A DNA stretch of 64,000 bases, taken from an uncultured Actinomycetes bacterium (GTDB lineage: Bacteria > Actinomycetota > Thermoleophilia > RBG-16-64-13). Positions 37,412 to 46,965 of this stretch are shown here, piece after piece; position 1 is the first letter of the stretch; each line of letters starts with the position of its first letter. The notes beneath the pieces were generated by a model. The model was given only the letters and a program-made list of their open reading frames with translations. It did not search any database and had not been told where the DNA came from. The stretch is from contig CAVZIK010000006.1 in the NCBI GenBank assembly GCA_963775295.1, forward strand, positions 762,218 to 826,217, given 5' to 3'. Both the position numbers and the translations under genes were made by a program.

Positions 37412-37714
37412 ATGGAGGTTCTCGAGTCTTCCCTCTCCGGTGTTCCCTTGATTCGAGTGGTCGGTGACGTCGATCACTACACCTCGCGTGCCCTCGATGG
37501 GGCCGCCCGAGAGGCGCTCACTCATGACAGTGGCCGCCTCCTTCTCGATTTCAGCCGCTGCCTCTATGTTGACAGCAGTGGGGTGGGTGTCCTCGGGGCA
37601 AGCGTGAACCTTTTACGGGTCTTTGAGATCGTGGGCCTTCTGAATGAGCCCTGCTTTCGGGTCTTCGCCGATGAAATGGAGGCGTCCGCTGCTCTTTTGG
37701 ATGCCGCCCGTTGA
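37412..37714 (+). CDS. STAS-domain anti-sigma-factor antagonist (SpoIIAA/RsbV-like)
   Basis: 100 aa; …LLLDFSRCLYVDSSGVGVLGASVNLLRVFEIVGL…. Confidence 0.7.
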   Translation: MEVLESSLSGVPLIRVVGDVDHYTSRALDGAAREALTHDSGRLLLDFSRCLYVDSSGVGVLGASVNLLRVFEIVGLLNEPCFRVFADEMEASAALLDAAR

Positions 37715-40700
37715 ACGCCGCCTCCCCGCGTCCGAGCGGAAGCCCTCTTCGCCTCACCATCCCGGCCGATCTTGCCCGCCTACCCGAGGCCCGCGCCTGG
37801 ATAGGGGAGATCGCTTGTAGCGCTTGCATTAATGACTCGCGCAGATTTGATTTGCAGGTGGCCGTCTCTGAGGCCACCGCCAACGCCATAGAGCACGCCG
37901 CAAGCGGGGTCGGGCTCACCGCCTATCTTCTGCCCGATCGCCTCATCGTCGAGATCGTCAACGATGGAGTGTTCCAACCGGGGCTTTTCAAGGATGACGA
38001 GCACAGGCGTCGGGGCTTGGGCCTACCTCTCATGGTGTCGCTCGCCGACCAGGTGCACGTCTCCCGGATTGCCGACAACAAGACCAAGGTTTCGCTGACC
38101 TTCTTCCTGGAGGCGGGCGACCAACGTGACGTGCCGCTTTCCGGTGCTGCGGAGGGCGTCGAACCCCACGCCGAGAGTGCATCTGCCGACTTCGGCATGC
38201 AAGAGGTCGAGAACCGCTATCGTAACCTGCTCGATCTCAGCCCGGACGCGATTCTCGTCCATCTTGACGGCAGGTATGTATTTGCAAATCCAGCAGCGGC
38301 CAGGCTATTTGGTGCCCGTTCGGCCGGCGAACTAATTGGCAAGAGCGCAGTTGAGCGCATGCATCCCGATGATCGCGAGTTCATGGTCCACCGTCTGAGC
38401 CAGGTGCTGGCCGGGGCCGTCGCTCCCCCGGCTGAGGGTCGGATGCTTCGGCTGGACGGGACCCTGGTTGCCGTTGAGGCTGCCGGCTCCCGGGTGGAGT
38501 TCGGGGGTAGGCTGGCCGTTCAGACGATCATTCGGGACATCACCGAGCGCAAGCAAGCTGAATTAGCCCTGCGGGAGAGCGAGCGGACAATCCGCGAGTC
38601 CGAAGAGCGCTATCGGAACCTGTTCAACACGCTCATCGAGGGATTCTGCATCATCGAGGTGTTGTTTGACGCCGCCGACATGCCCGTCGACTTTCGCTTC
38701 TTGGAGACTAATCCCATGTTCGAGGAGCAGACTGGGTTGCATGACGTTCAGGGAAAGCTCATGCGCGAACTCGCCCCCGATCACGAAGAGCATTGGTTCC
38801 AGATCTACGGGAGGGTCGCCCTGACGGGTGAACCGGCCCGTTTCCAAGCTCCCGCCTCGGCCCTGGGTCGTTTCCTTGACGTTTCCGCCTTCCGAGTCGG
38901 TGGATCCGAAAGCCGACAGGTCGGCATTCTGTTCAGTGACATCACCGCTCGCAAACGGACGGAAGATGCTCTGCAGGAAACCCTGGAGCGCTACTCTCTG
39001 CTGGCGGGGGTCATTGAGAACGCCTCCCAGCCGGTTGGAGTCGGCTTCTCCGACGGCAGGCTTGGTGTCTTCAATCGTGCCTACGTCGACCTGCTCGGCT
39101 ACTCGGAGGAAGAGTTCAGGTCGCTCAACTGGTCCACGGACCTCACGCCGCCCGAGTGGCAAGAGTTCGAGGCCGCAAGGTTGGCGGAACTCGAGATGAC
39201 TGGGGAGTCGATCACCTATGAGAAGGAGTACGTCTGCAAGGACGGCTCCCGAATACCGGTGGAACTCCTCGTACATTTGGCTCGCGACGCAAACGGGGCC
39301 CCCTTGTACTACTACTCTTTCATTAGTGACCTCACTGAGCGACGGCGGGCCGAGGAAACGCTCCGCGAAAGCGAGCAGCGTTTTCGTTCCGTGCTCGATA
39401 GCTCTCTCGACGGCCTTTACCGAGTCAATCTCCAGACCGGCCGCTACGATTACATGAGCCCGGCGTTCGGACCGACTGTCGGACGCTCAAACGAAGAGTT
39501 CACACGTCTCTCCCCGGAGTCTGCCATCCGCCTGGTCCACCCCGACGATCTGCCGCGGGTCCTTGCCTCCCTCGGTCAGCAAGAGGTGGCTGTTACCGGA
39601 GAGGTCGATTACCGGATATTGGGCTCTGACGGCGAATATCGCTGGATCTCCAATCACTTTTCCCAGGTGACGGACGCGAAAGGCAAGCCCCTCTACCGCC
39701 ATGGCGTGGTCCGGGACATCTCGGAGCAGCAACGAGCCGCGGAAGAACTCAGGCGGAGCGAAGCGACCCTGGCCGCGATTTTCGATGCGACAACAGAGTC
39801 CATCTGGCTCTTTAGCCCGGACGGCATGATCCTCGCAGGCAATTCGATCGCAGTGAATCGAATAGGGAGACCATCTGAGGAGATCATCGGTAAGCATATA
39901 AGCGAGGTGCTGACCGCCGAACTGGCTGGGACGCGCCTCGAGCGTCTGAGGCAGGTGGTGGAATCCGGTCAACCTCTGGAATTCGAGGACGCCCGGGCCG
40001 GCAGAGCCTTTCTGCACACGTTCTACCCCGAGCTGGACGATCAGGGTCACGTCACGCGCGTTGCCTCGTTCAGCCGAGACGTCACGGAGGCTAAGCAAGC
40101 GGAAGTGGAGCGGGAGCAACTGCTTCAGGAAGAGCAGGAGCTGTCCGAGGGACTCGCAGCCGCCAACGAAGAGCTTGAGACGCAATATGAAGAGATCTCC
40201 GCCCAGGCTGAGGAACTTCAGGCTCAGAGGGAGGAGCTCGCCGTTCAGAATGAGGAGATCCGGGTAGCCCACGAGGAACTGGCCGTGCTCTACGAGCACG
40301 AGCGTGAAAACGCTCGGCTCAAGGATGCTCTGACTCGGGTCGACCAAACCCTCATTGCTTCGCTCGAGCCTACCGAGATTCTTGATCGGGCACTGGAGAA
40401 CGGCGCCCGCGCGCTCGGGGCGGAGAGAGCGGTTCTTGAAGTGCGGTCGCCGATCGGATGGGAAGTGCGATCCGTCTATCGGTTGCCGGTGGAGCTAGTG
40501 GGCACGCTTCTATCTTCAGAAGAGGCCTCAGTTGCCAACGCGATGGAAGAGGCGGGTAGCGTCCTGATCATCGGAGATGCGACCGGAGATCTGCGGGTGA
40601 ACGCGAGCACCGTGGCAAGATACGGTACCGCCGCCGCCCTTGCCCTGCCCATTTCCTACCAGAACCGGATTATGGGCTCTCTGCAGTTCCTCTACGCGTC

Positions 40701-41532
40701 TGGTCCCCACCGCTTCTCGGCCGCTGAGATTGATTTTGGCCAGAAGCTGGCGGTCTCGGTAGCGCTTGCCTTGGAGAACGCCCGCTTATTCGAGCAGCAG
40801 CGTAGTATCGCGGCGGCGTTGCAGCAAACTATCCTTGAGATGCCGGCCGCCATCCCTCATCTGCGTTTTAGCCACCTCTATCGCTCGGCCACGGAGCACG
40901 CGCTGGTGGGCGGCGACTTCTATGACGTCTTTGAGATGGAAGACGGATCTATCGCCCTGCTTGTGGGCGACGTCTCCGGTCATGACATCAACGCCGCTCG
41001 GATAGCCACCATGGTAAAGGCGAGTCTCGTCGCCTTCGCCCAAGGCGGCCACGATCCGAGCAACGTTCTTGCTCTGGTCAATCGGCTGCTGCTGAGGAAA
41101 TCAGTCCCTGGATTCACAAGTCTCCTGTTTGCCGTGTTCCAGCCCGAGTCTGGGATGCTCACCTATTGTTCCGCCGGCCATCCCGAGCTTCTGGTTGGTC
41201 GTGCCGGCAAGGTGGAAAGCTTGGCCGCACCGCGCCACGCTCCTCTGGGAGTCTTTTCCGAATGGTCGTGCGCTTCGGATAGCGTCCAACTCGAAGCGGG
41301 AGACACCCTTCTCTTCTACACCGACGGACTGACGGAAGCACGCCGGGACGAAGAGCTTTTCGGCGAGGAGCGCCTGATGGAGGCATTTGAAGGTAAGCTC
41401 CGTCTCCCCCTTGAAGAGTTGCCCCAGATGCTTCTTGACGAGGTCCTTGAGTTCACTGGTGGGAGACTGCAGGATGACGTGGCCATCCTAGCCGTTCAGC
41501 CCTTGCTTCAAAGCTCGGCGATCAGGAGCTAG
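37711..41532 (+). CDS. 1273-aa signalling fusion: N-terminal RsbW-like HATPase Ser-kinase domain + about 5 PAS/PAC domains + coiled coil + GAF + C-terminal PP2C (SpoIIE/RsbU-like) phosphatase
   Basis: ATGA overlap with the STAS gene; N-terminus …VAVSEATANAIEHA…; repeated PAS blocks; C-terminus GDVSGHDINAARIATMVKASL…LFYTDGLTEAR. Confidence 0.85.
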   Translation: MNAASPRPSGSPLRLTIPADLARLPEARAWIGEIACSACINDSRRFDLQVAVSEATANAIEHAASGVGLTAYLLPDRLIVEIVNDGVFQPGLFKDDEHRRRGLGLPLMVSLADQVHVSRIADNKTKVSLTFFLEAGDQRDVPLSGAAEGVEPHAESASADFGMQEVENRYRNLLDLSPDAILVHLDGRYVFANPAAARLFGARSAGELIGKSAVERMHPDDREFMVHRLSQVLAGAVAPPAEGRMLRLDGTLVAVEAAGSRVEFGGRLAVQTIIRDITERKQAELALRESERTIRESEERYRNLFNTLIEGFCIIEVLFDAADMPVDFRFLETNPMFEEQTGLHDVQGKLMRELAPDHEEHWFQIYGRVALTGEPARFQAPASALGRFLDVSAFRVGGSESRQVGILFSDITARKRTEDALQETLERYSLLAGVIENASQPVGVGFSDGRLGVFNRAYVDLLGYSEEEFRSLNWSTDLTPPEWQEFEAARLAELEMTGESITYEKEYVCKDGSRIPVELLVHLARDANGAPLYYYSFISDLTERRRAEETLRESEQRFRSVLDSSLDGLYRVNLQTGRYDYMSPAFGPTVGRSNEEFTRLSPESAIRLVHPDDLPRVLASLGQQEVAVTGEVDYRILGSDGEYRWISNHFSQVTDAKGKPLYRHGVVRDISEQQRAAEELRRSEATLAAIFDATTESIWLFSPDGMILAGNSIAVNRIGRPSEEIIGKHISEVLTAELAGTRLERLRQVVESGQPLEFEDARAGRAFLHTFYPELDDQGHVTRVASFSRDVTEAKQAEVEREQLLQEEQELSEGLAAANEELETQYEEISAQAEELQAQREELAVQNEEIRVAHEELAVLYEHERENARLKDALTRVDQTLIASLEPTEILDRALENGARALGAERAVLEVRSPIGWEVRSVYRLPVELVGTLLSSEEASVANAMEEAGSVLIIGDATGDLRVNASTVARYGTAAALALPISYQNRIMGSLQFLYASGPHRFSAAEIDFGQKLAVSVALALENARLFEQQRSIAAALQQTILEMPAAIPHLRFSHLYRSATEHALVGGDFYDVFEMEDGSIALLVGDVSGHDINAARIATMVKASLVAFAQGGHDPSNVLALVNRLLLRKSVPGFTSLLFAVFQPESGMLTYCSAGHPELLVGRAGKVESLAAPRHAPLGVFSEWSCASDSVQLEAGDTLLFYTDGLTEARRDEELFGEERLMEAFEGKLRLPLEELPQMLLDEVLEFTGGRLQDDVAILAVQPLLQSSAIRS

Positions 41533-41778
41533 GTGATTCGACTCGGCACGGGGTTTTGTCGAACCCGGCCCGCAGCGTGGCCGCGGAGTCCGCTTTCTTG
41601 CATCTCCGGGGGGGAGGCCGGGCACAATTCCGGGGCAAACTGGCTCAGCCGATGTTGCGCTGGGATTTGCGCTCGCAGACCACAGGAGCAACGGGACCGG
41701 GTCGCCCGCGGCTGATGGGGACTACACTTACTTCATCATTCCGGCGCAATAAGAGGCTCAAAGGGTGGACCGGGCAAT

Positions 41779-42072
41779 ATGAATGATGGTTTCAGACAAT
41801 CGAGACGCGAAACCGCCAACGGCTTTTCGCATATCTGGCTCCGTTACCTGGGAATCATCTTGCCTGCGGTTGTCAACTACGGGTTCTTCATTGTGCACGG
41901 TGACCGGCCGCACTGGGCAGCGTTGGGCGCAAGCGCGGGCGTGATGGCGGTCTCGGCGCTGATCCTGGGGTTGTGGCGAGATTGGCGCGGCGGCGTCTCG
42001 GTGATCGTCTTGTTCTTTCCCCTGAATGCATGGCCGATCGTTCTCACTACCATGGGGGGTCTTCACGATTGA
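41779..42072 (+). CDS. small membrane protein, paralog of the 28839 N-terminal region (IWLRYLGIILP)
   Basis: ORF track; two TM helices. Confidence 0.4.
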   Translation: MNDGFRQSRRETANGFSHIWLRYLGIILPAVVNYGFFIVHGDRPHWAALGASAGVMAVSALILGLWRDWRGGVSVIVLFFPLNAWPIVLTTMGGLHD

Positions 42073-42098
42073 GGGTTCGAGGCCTGCGGGGGGTCCTG

Positions 42099-42485
42099 AT
42101 GCGTCGTAAGGCCAGACTGCTTGCGGTTGTTGGGTTGCTGGCACTCGTGGGTTCCGCCTTATTAGTCATTTCGGGTTGCGCGGGTGGAGTGAAAGCGAGC
42201 AGGGACGTGTGGCGCGGTGTCCAGCAAGATCTTTCGGTGTCCGCAGTATCTAAGGTCCACTTCTGGGGGCCGGGAGACTCGGGTGGCAGCCCTGTCGCCG
42301 AATCAGTCGCCGCCATCGTAGCTGCGGTTGCTTCAGGCACATTTTCCGAAGACAATCCCAACCACAACGGTCCCACGCCCGAGGTCGGCGTAACGTTAAC
42401 CTTGAAGCAAGGTGACGACTTGAACCTAGCCCAGTGGCCTGATGGTCGCTTTGAGATACTCGGGGAGGAAGGCAGTTCTTGGTAA
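42099..42485 (+). CDS. putative lipoprotein (lipobox LVISGCA)
   Basis: ATG 42099 within track ORF 41973; signal plus lipobox. Confidence 0.5.
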   Translation: MRRKARLLAVVGLLALVGSALLVISGCAGGVKASRDVWRGVQQDLSVSAVSKVHFWGPGDSGGSPVAESVAAIVAAVASGTFSEDNPNHNGPTPEVGVTLTLKQGDDLNLAQWPDGRFEILGEEGSSW

Positions 42486-42610
42486 CGGCTCCCGTACTTG
42501 CGGCCATGCTCGCGGAGATGGGGTTGACCTACAAGTGAGGCGTTTCTCTCACTCTCATGACTGGTGCATGAAGAAGGTTTCGATTCCTCCTGTGTGCGTG
42601 CTCGGTCAAA

Positions 42611-42650
42611 GGTAATCCTTTGCGGCTTGCCGGACATATGATGAGGCAGA
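42611..42650 (+). promoter_or_regulatory. regulon promoter-like motif copy 8: GGTAATCCTTTGCGGCTTGCCGGACATATGATGAGGCAGA
   Basis: Consensus match. Confidence 0.45.
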
Positions 42651-42917
42651 AGCTTGGGATGCGGCCCTTGGAGCCAGCAGTGACGAGGAGATGCGCAAAT
42701 GGGGGATAGATCACGCGGAGAACATCGATCCTTCTCAGGGCGCGGCTACTCGTTGTTCCGCTTGGTCTGTCGGGATGTGGGAGTGATGACCCTATGTCTC
42801 GCGCAATTGACCCGATGCCTCGAAGCATGCGACCGCCTAGAACAACCAGCCGAACGGTGTTAGACGACATGAATAGATTCCGGAAACGGAGCAAGCCATG
42901 AGGCACAAGCGGGAAAA

Positions 42918-45308
42918 GTGGCCGCCGCCCTCATCTTGGGGGCCCTGTTCGCATTCATACTGACTGGAGTTGCCCTGGCCGCGCCTCCTTGGTCAGATGC
43001 GACGAACGACTTCTGGTCGTCCGCCTATGGCGTCAGCGACGTTCAGGTGGGAACCGTGGCTGGGGGATATGCCGACGGCACCTTTCTCCCCAACCAGCCC
43101 GTCACTCGGGCCGAGTTTGTGAAAATGGCTATCTCCGGACTCGCAGTCGCCACGAAGAACCCGGCCACGCCGACGTTCATGGACGTCCTACCCGACTCCA
43201 CCTTCTACACCTACGTGGAGGCTGCCTACGCCGCCGGCCTGGTCAAAGGTGAGACCACGCCTGCCGGTCTTCTCTTCGGACCGAACGCCGAGATCTCCCG
43301 GCAACAGGCCAATAGCATTCTCGGGCGTTACCTCTCGGGACAGGAGATCGGGGCCACTGGCGCCATTACCGGCGGACCTGGCAATCAGGAAAGCTCCCGA
43401 TATCCTTCGCTCGACGCCTGGTATGCGGGCGGGGGGGACTACTACCTCGGTTGGTTTAGGGATCGTGGCCAGGTCTTGCCCGACCACGCTGTCAGCACCG
43501 CCTATTTGGTTTCTCTACGAGTGATCAAAGGCTCCGATGGAAAACTGAGTCCAGAAGCCAAGCTCCGCCGGGCCCAGGCCGCCACAATGGTTCTCCGAGT
43601 CAAGGACGTGAGCTTTGCCCCCACCGTCGTCTACCTTCAGCCGACCTCCGGACCGGTGGCCGGCGGCACCACCGTCATCATGGCCGGTAACCGCCTCACC
43701 GGCGCCACAGCCGTCACCTTCGGGGGCACGAACGCGACCAGTTTCCGTGTTGACACTGACAACCAGATCACAGCCGTCGCCCCGGCTCACGCAGCCGAAA
43801 CGGTAGATGTGCAGGTAACGACGCCCGCCGGTTCGAGTGCCACCGCCGGGGCAGGCGACGACTACGCCTACACCGCGGCCCTTCCCAGCATCACCCTTCT
43901 TAGTCCGACGAACGGCTCCACAACTGGAGGCACTGAGGGCTCCGCGGTGATCATAAAGGGCTCGGACCTGATCGGCACCACCTCCGTCATGTTCGGCACC
44001 ACGGCCGCGACCAGCTTCAGGGTCAACTCCAGTAGCGAGATCTGCGCTGTCGCCCCGGCCCACGCCGCCGGCACGGTGGATGTGATCGTCACCACCTCGA
44101 ACGGCGCCAGCGTCCCCACCGCCGCCAGCGTGTACGAGTATGTAGACCTGTTCCCCTCGTTGCCGCTCGACACGCCGGTCGACGTGGTGCGACGCACGGC
44201 GTCGCCTTGGATCTGGAGCGCCGCGGTGGCGGGACGAACGGTCGCCTACGAAGAAAGTCCCACCTGGACCTTGTGGCCGCCGGGTGCGGAAATGGCTCCA
44301 CAAACCGCAGTGGCAAAGACGCTTGACCTGGCAACAGGGGAAGAGTCCACCGTTCCGGGGAGCGAGACCGCCCCTCCGCACTTCACGAACTTCTCCACCT
44401 GGCCTTGGTGGTTCCTATCCGCCCTTCCCAATCCTAAGGACAACGGCGCCGGAGCCTCGCTTGTCTGGGGAGTCGTGAACAACCAGTACATAGGCGGCGG
44501 CATCCCCCGCTACCAGAACGTCTCGGGCGCGGCCGACGGTGGAATAGCCAGGGCGCTTCTTGACCCTGCCACCATGACCCTCCCGCCCATCCGTACCGGC
44601 GACGTTCTCGTGCTTCCCCGCACCACCCCGGCCTACGAGAACGCGCACCTCGGCAACGTGGGCACCACCCTCGGCTACCAACTCCTCATCCTCACCGGGA
44701 GTCTGGAGAAGCCGGTTGTGGTTGATCCCACAGGCCCGCGGCTACCCGCGGTCGCTCTTGTCGGGATAAGCCCATACGTCTCCTGGTTCGGCTTCTTCAC
44801 GCAGGACGCGAGCCAGTTCCGCAGTGATCTTCCCGGCCGCCCGCCCCGGGTGTTTGATCTGCGGACCGGGAAGCTCGTTGATATTGCTGTTGCCGACCCG
44901 CGCACTCCGGATCGTGCGACGGCCTGTGTGGTTGCTGGTCACTGGGCGGCCTGGGTAGCGGTCGATGGCAGTCCCCAAAGAAACAGCCTCTATTTGGCCA
45001 ACCTTGCGACCGGCCAGGCCCGCAGACTCGCCGACGGGAATGGCCCGAGCGGGGACATAACGCTTTCGGATGACTGGCTGCTTTGGACCGACGCCACGGG
45101 AACCCTCGCCGGCTTTCACCTTCCGGACATGACGCCGGTCAAGGTGCCGGGGGTACTTGCCTCCGGCGAGAACGCCAGGAAGCTCCAAGTATCGGGCGAT
45201 CTTGCCGTCCTTATGGTGGTCGCTCCTGGCGGTGACCCGGAATACAACAGCATCAACTTCGAACCACCGCCGCGGTGGACCGCCATCCGGGTGGTGAGGC
45301 TGCGCTGA
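42918..45308 (+). CDS. secreted SLH-domain protein with two IPT/TIG domains and a C-terminal beta-propeller-like region
   Basis: GTG start; signal peptide LILGALFAFILTGVALAA; SLH repeats; IPT/TIG blocks PTVVYLQPTSGPVAGGTTVIMAGNRLTGATAVTFGG…. Confidence 0.75.
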   Translation: MAAALILGALFAFILTGVALAAPPWSDATNDFWSSAYGVSDVQVGTVAGGYADGTFLPNQPVTRAEFVKMAISGLAVATKNPATPTFMDVLPDSTFYTYVEAAYAAGLVKGETTPAGLLFGPNAEISRQQANSILGRYLSGQEIGATGAITGGPGNQESSRYPSLDAWYAGGGDYYLGWFRDRGQVLPDHAVSTAYLVSLRVIKGSDGKLSPEAKLRRAQAATMVLRVKDVSFAPTVVYLQPTSGPVAGGTTVIMAGNRLTGATAVTFGGTNATSFRVDTDNQITAVAPAHAAETVDVQVTTPAGSSATAGAGDDYAYTAALPSITLLSPTNGSTTGGTEGSAVIIKGSDLIGTTSVMFGTTAATSFRVNSSSEICAVAPAHAAGTVDVIVTTSNGASVPTAASVYEYVDLFPSLPLDTPVDVVRRTASPWIWSAAVAGRTVAYEESPTWTLWPPGAEMAPQTAVAKTLDLATGEESTVPGSETAPPHFTNFSTWPWWFLSALPNPKDNGAGASLVWGVVNNQYIGGGIPRYQNVSGAADGGIARALLDPATMTLPPIRTGDVLVLPRTTPAYENAHLGNVGTTLGYQLLILTGSLEKPVVVDPTGPRLPAVALVGISPYVSWFGFFTQDASQFRSDLPGRPPRVFDLRTGKLVDIAVADPRTPDRATACVVAGHWAAWVAVDGSPQRNSLYLANLATGQARRLADGNGPSGDITLSDDWLLWTDATGTLAGFHLPDMTPVKVPGVLASGENARKLQVSGDLAVLMVVAPGGDPEYNSINFEPPPRWTAIRVVRLR

Positions 45309-45551
45309 GACCCGGTTGCGTGAATCTCCACCAGCGTCTCCGAAATGAGTTTGCGGGCAGTGAGCGGTGGGCAGCCGGCCGAAGGGCAGTAGGTGGTGAG
45401 CATGCGACCAAAGCCATACGCAAGGATTGGCCGATTGGTGACGGCGGTAGCCAGAGTTTGTGGGAGGCTTCTGACATCAGCACCATGAGCCAATTGTGTG
45501 CACATACGTTCCCCGCAGTCACGTAAATTCGATCCGCGTCGCACGCGCCAA

Positions 45552-45590
45552 GGTAACGCTTTCGGGGCAGCCGGACATATCATGAGTGAG
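45552..45590 (+). promoter_or_regulatory. regulon promoter-like motif copy 9: GGTAACGCTTTCGGGGCAGCCGGACATATCATGAGTGAG
   Basis: Consensus match. Confidence 0.45.
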
Positions 45591-45675
45591 GGCGCAGGAT
45601 GAAAATCGGGAGCGTCTGGCGTCGTGCCCGCGTCAAACCAGGCGAGGGTGCACCGAAAGCCGGAGGGGGCAGCAA

Positions 45676-46965
45676 GTGCGGGTAAGAACGAGTTGGGCAA
45701 CTCTAATCTGCTTCAGCATGCTTCTTGTCGTGATCGGTCTCTCGGCATCAGCCTGCGGGACGTCTCCTAACCCTGAGACACAGGTATCGGGCGACTCTGC
45801 GTCTGCCGTCCTAGCGGGTGAGCCCCAGGTCGATCCATCTACCCAGGCACAGAAGGATATGCATGCGGTTGCGGCAGACAACAACGCCTTCTCTTTTGAC
45901 CTCTTCCGGGTCATCCGGTCGAAGAGTGACAACCTGGTCATCTCTCCCTACGGTCTCTCGGTCGTGCTTTCCATGACCATGGCCGGGGCCAAGGGAGAGA
46001 CTCGCCAAGAGATGGCAGACGTACTGCATCTCAGCCTTGCCGAGGGCCAACTCTACCCGGCCCTCGGTGCACTTGCCTCCTCGCTTGCCGACATCGAGGA
46101 CTTCACCTCTGCCTCCGCGCTCTGGGACCAGACCGGACTGAACTACAAGTCCGATTTCATCGACCTGCTGGGATCGACCTATGGCGCGCCTCTGAGACTG
46201 GTCGACTTTGACAACTACGGGGAAGCGGCAAAGACCATAAACGACTGGGTGAGCAAGAACACCAACGGTCGCATACCGGAGTTGGTCGACGTGAACGCTC
46301 CTCGGCCGGACACTATCATCATGATGCTGACAAATGCCGTCTACCTGAAGGCTACGTGGCAGAATCCCTTCTCGTCGCAGGCAACGAGCAACCGGACGTT
46401 CCATTTGCTGGGTGGAACCACTGCCGAGGTTCCCACTATGAGCAGCACCGGCAGCTTCAACTACCTCAGCGACTCAGGCTTTGATGCGGTCGAGCTTCCC
46501 TACAAGGACGGACGACTCTCGCTCGTCGTCCTTGCTCCGAAGACGGGGGACTTCGAGAGCTACCTGGGAGAGATGACCACCGAGGTCCTCGAAGCAACTC
46601 TTTCTCAAATGAAGCAGGGACAGGTGGAGCTGCGACTTCCCCGGTTCACCTTCACCTCATCGCCGGATGTCACAAGGACACTGAAGGCCATGGGAATGAG
46701 GACCCCGTTTGCTTCGCAGGCGGACTTTTCCGGCATAACTGCAATGCAGGCCGAGATATCGGCCGTGGTCCAGAAGGCATTCATCGTCGTCAATGAGGAA
46801 GGCACCGAAGCTGCGGCTGCATCCGGGGTGACCGTGGCAGCTGAAGCTACCACGACGTCAGAACCAATCCCCGTCCTTAGCATCGACCGTCCTTTCTACT
46901 ACCTCGTCCGGGACCACGAGACGGGCACTATCATCTTCCTTGGTCAGGTGACGGACCCGCGATGA
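45676..46965 (+). CDS. serpin (serine protease inhibitor) lipoprotein
   Basis: GTG 45676 sits 7 nt after GGAGGGGG; lipobox LSASACG; serpin core FSFDLFRVIRSKSDNLVISPYGLSVVLSMTMAGAKGETRQEM…; C-terminus FLGQVTDP. Confidence 0.9.
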   Translation: MRVRTSWATLICFSMLLVVIGLSASACGTSPNPETQVSGDSASAVLAGEPQVDPSTQAQKDMHAVAADNNAFSFDLFRVIRSKSDNLVISPYGLSVVLSMTMAGAKGETRQEMADVLHLSLAEGQLYPALGALASSLADIEDFTSASALWDQTGLNYKSDFIDLLGSTYGAPLRLVDFDNYGEAAKTINDWVSKNTNGRIPELVDVNAPRPDTIIMMLTNAVYLKATWQNPFSSQATSNRTFHLLGGTTAEVPTMSSTGSFNYLSDSGFDAVELPYKDGRLSLVVLAPKTGDFESYLGEMTTEVLEATLSQMKQGQVELRLPRFTFTSSPDVTRTLKAMGMRTPFASQADFSGITAMQAEISAVVQKAFIVVNEEGTEAAAASGVTVAAEATTTSEPIPVLSIDRPFYYLVRDHETGTIIFLGQVTDPR

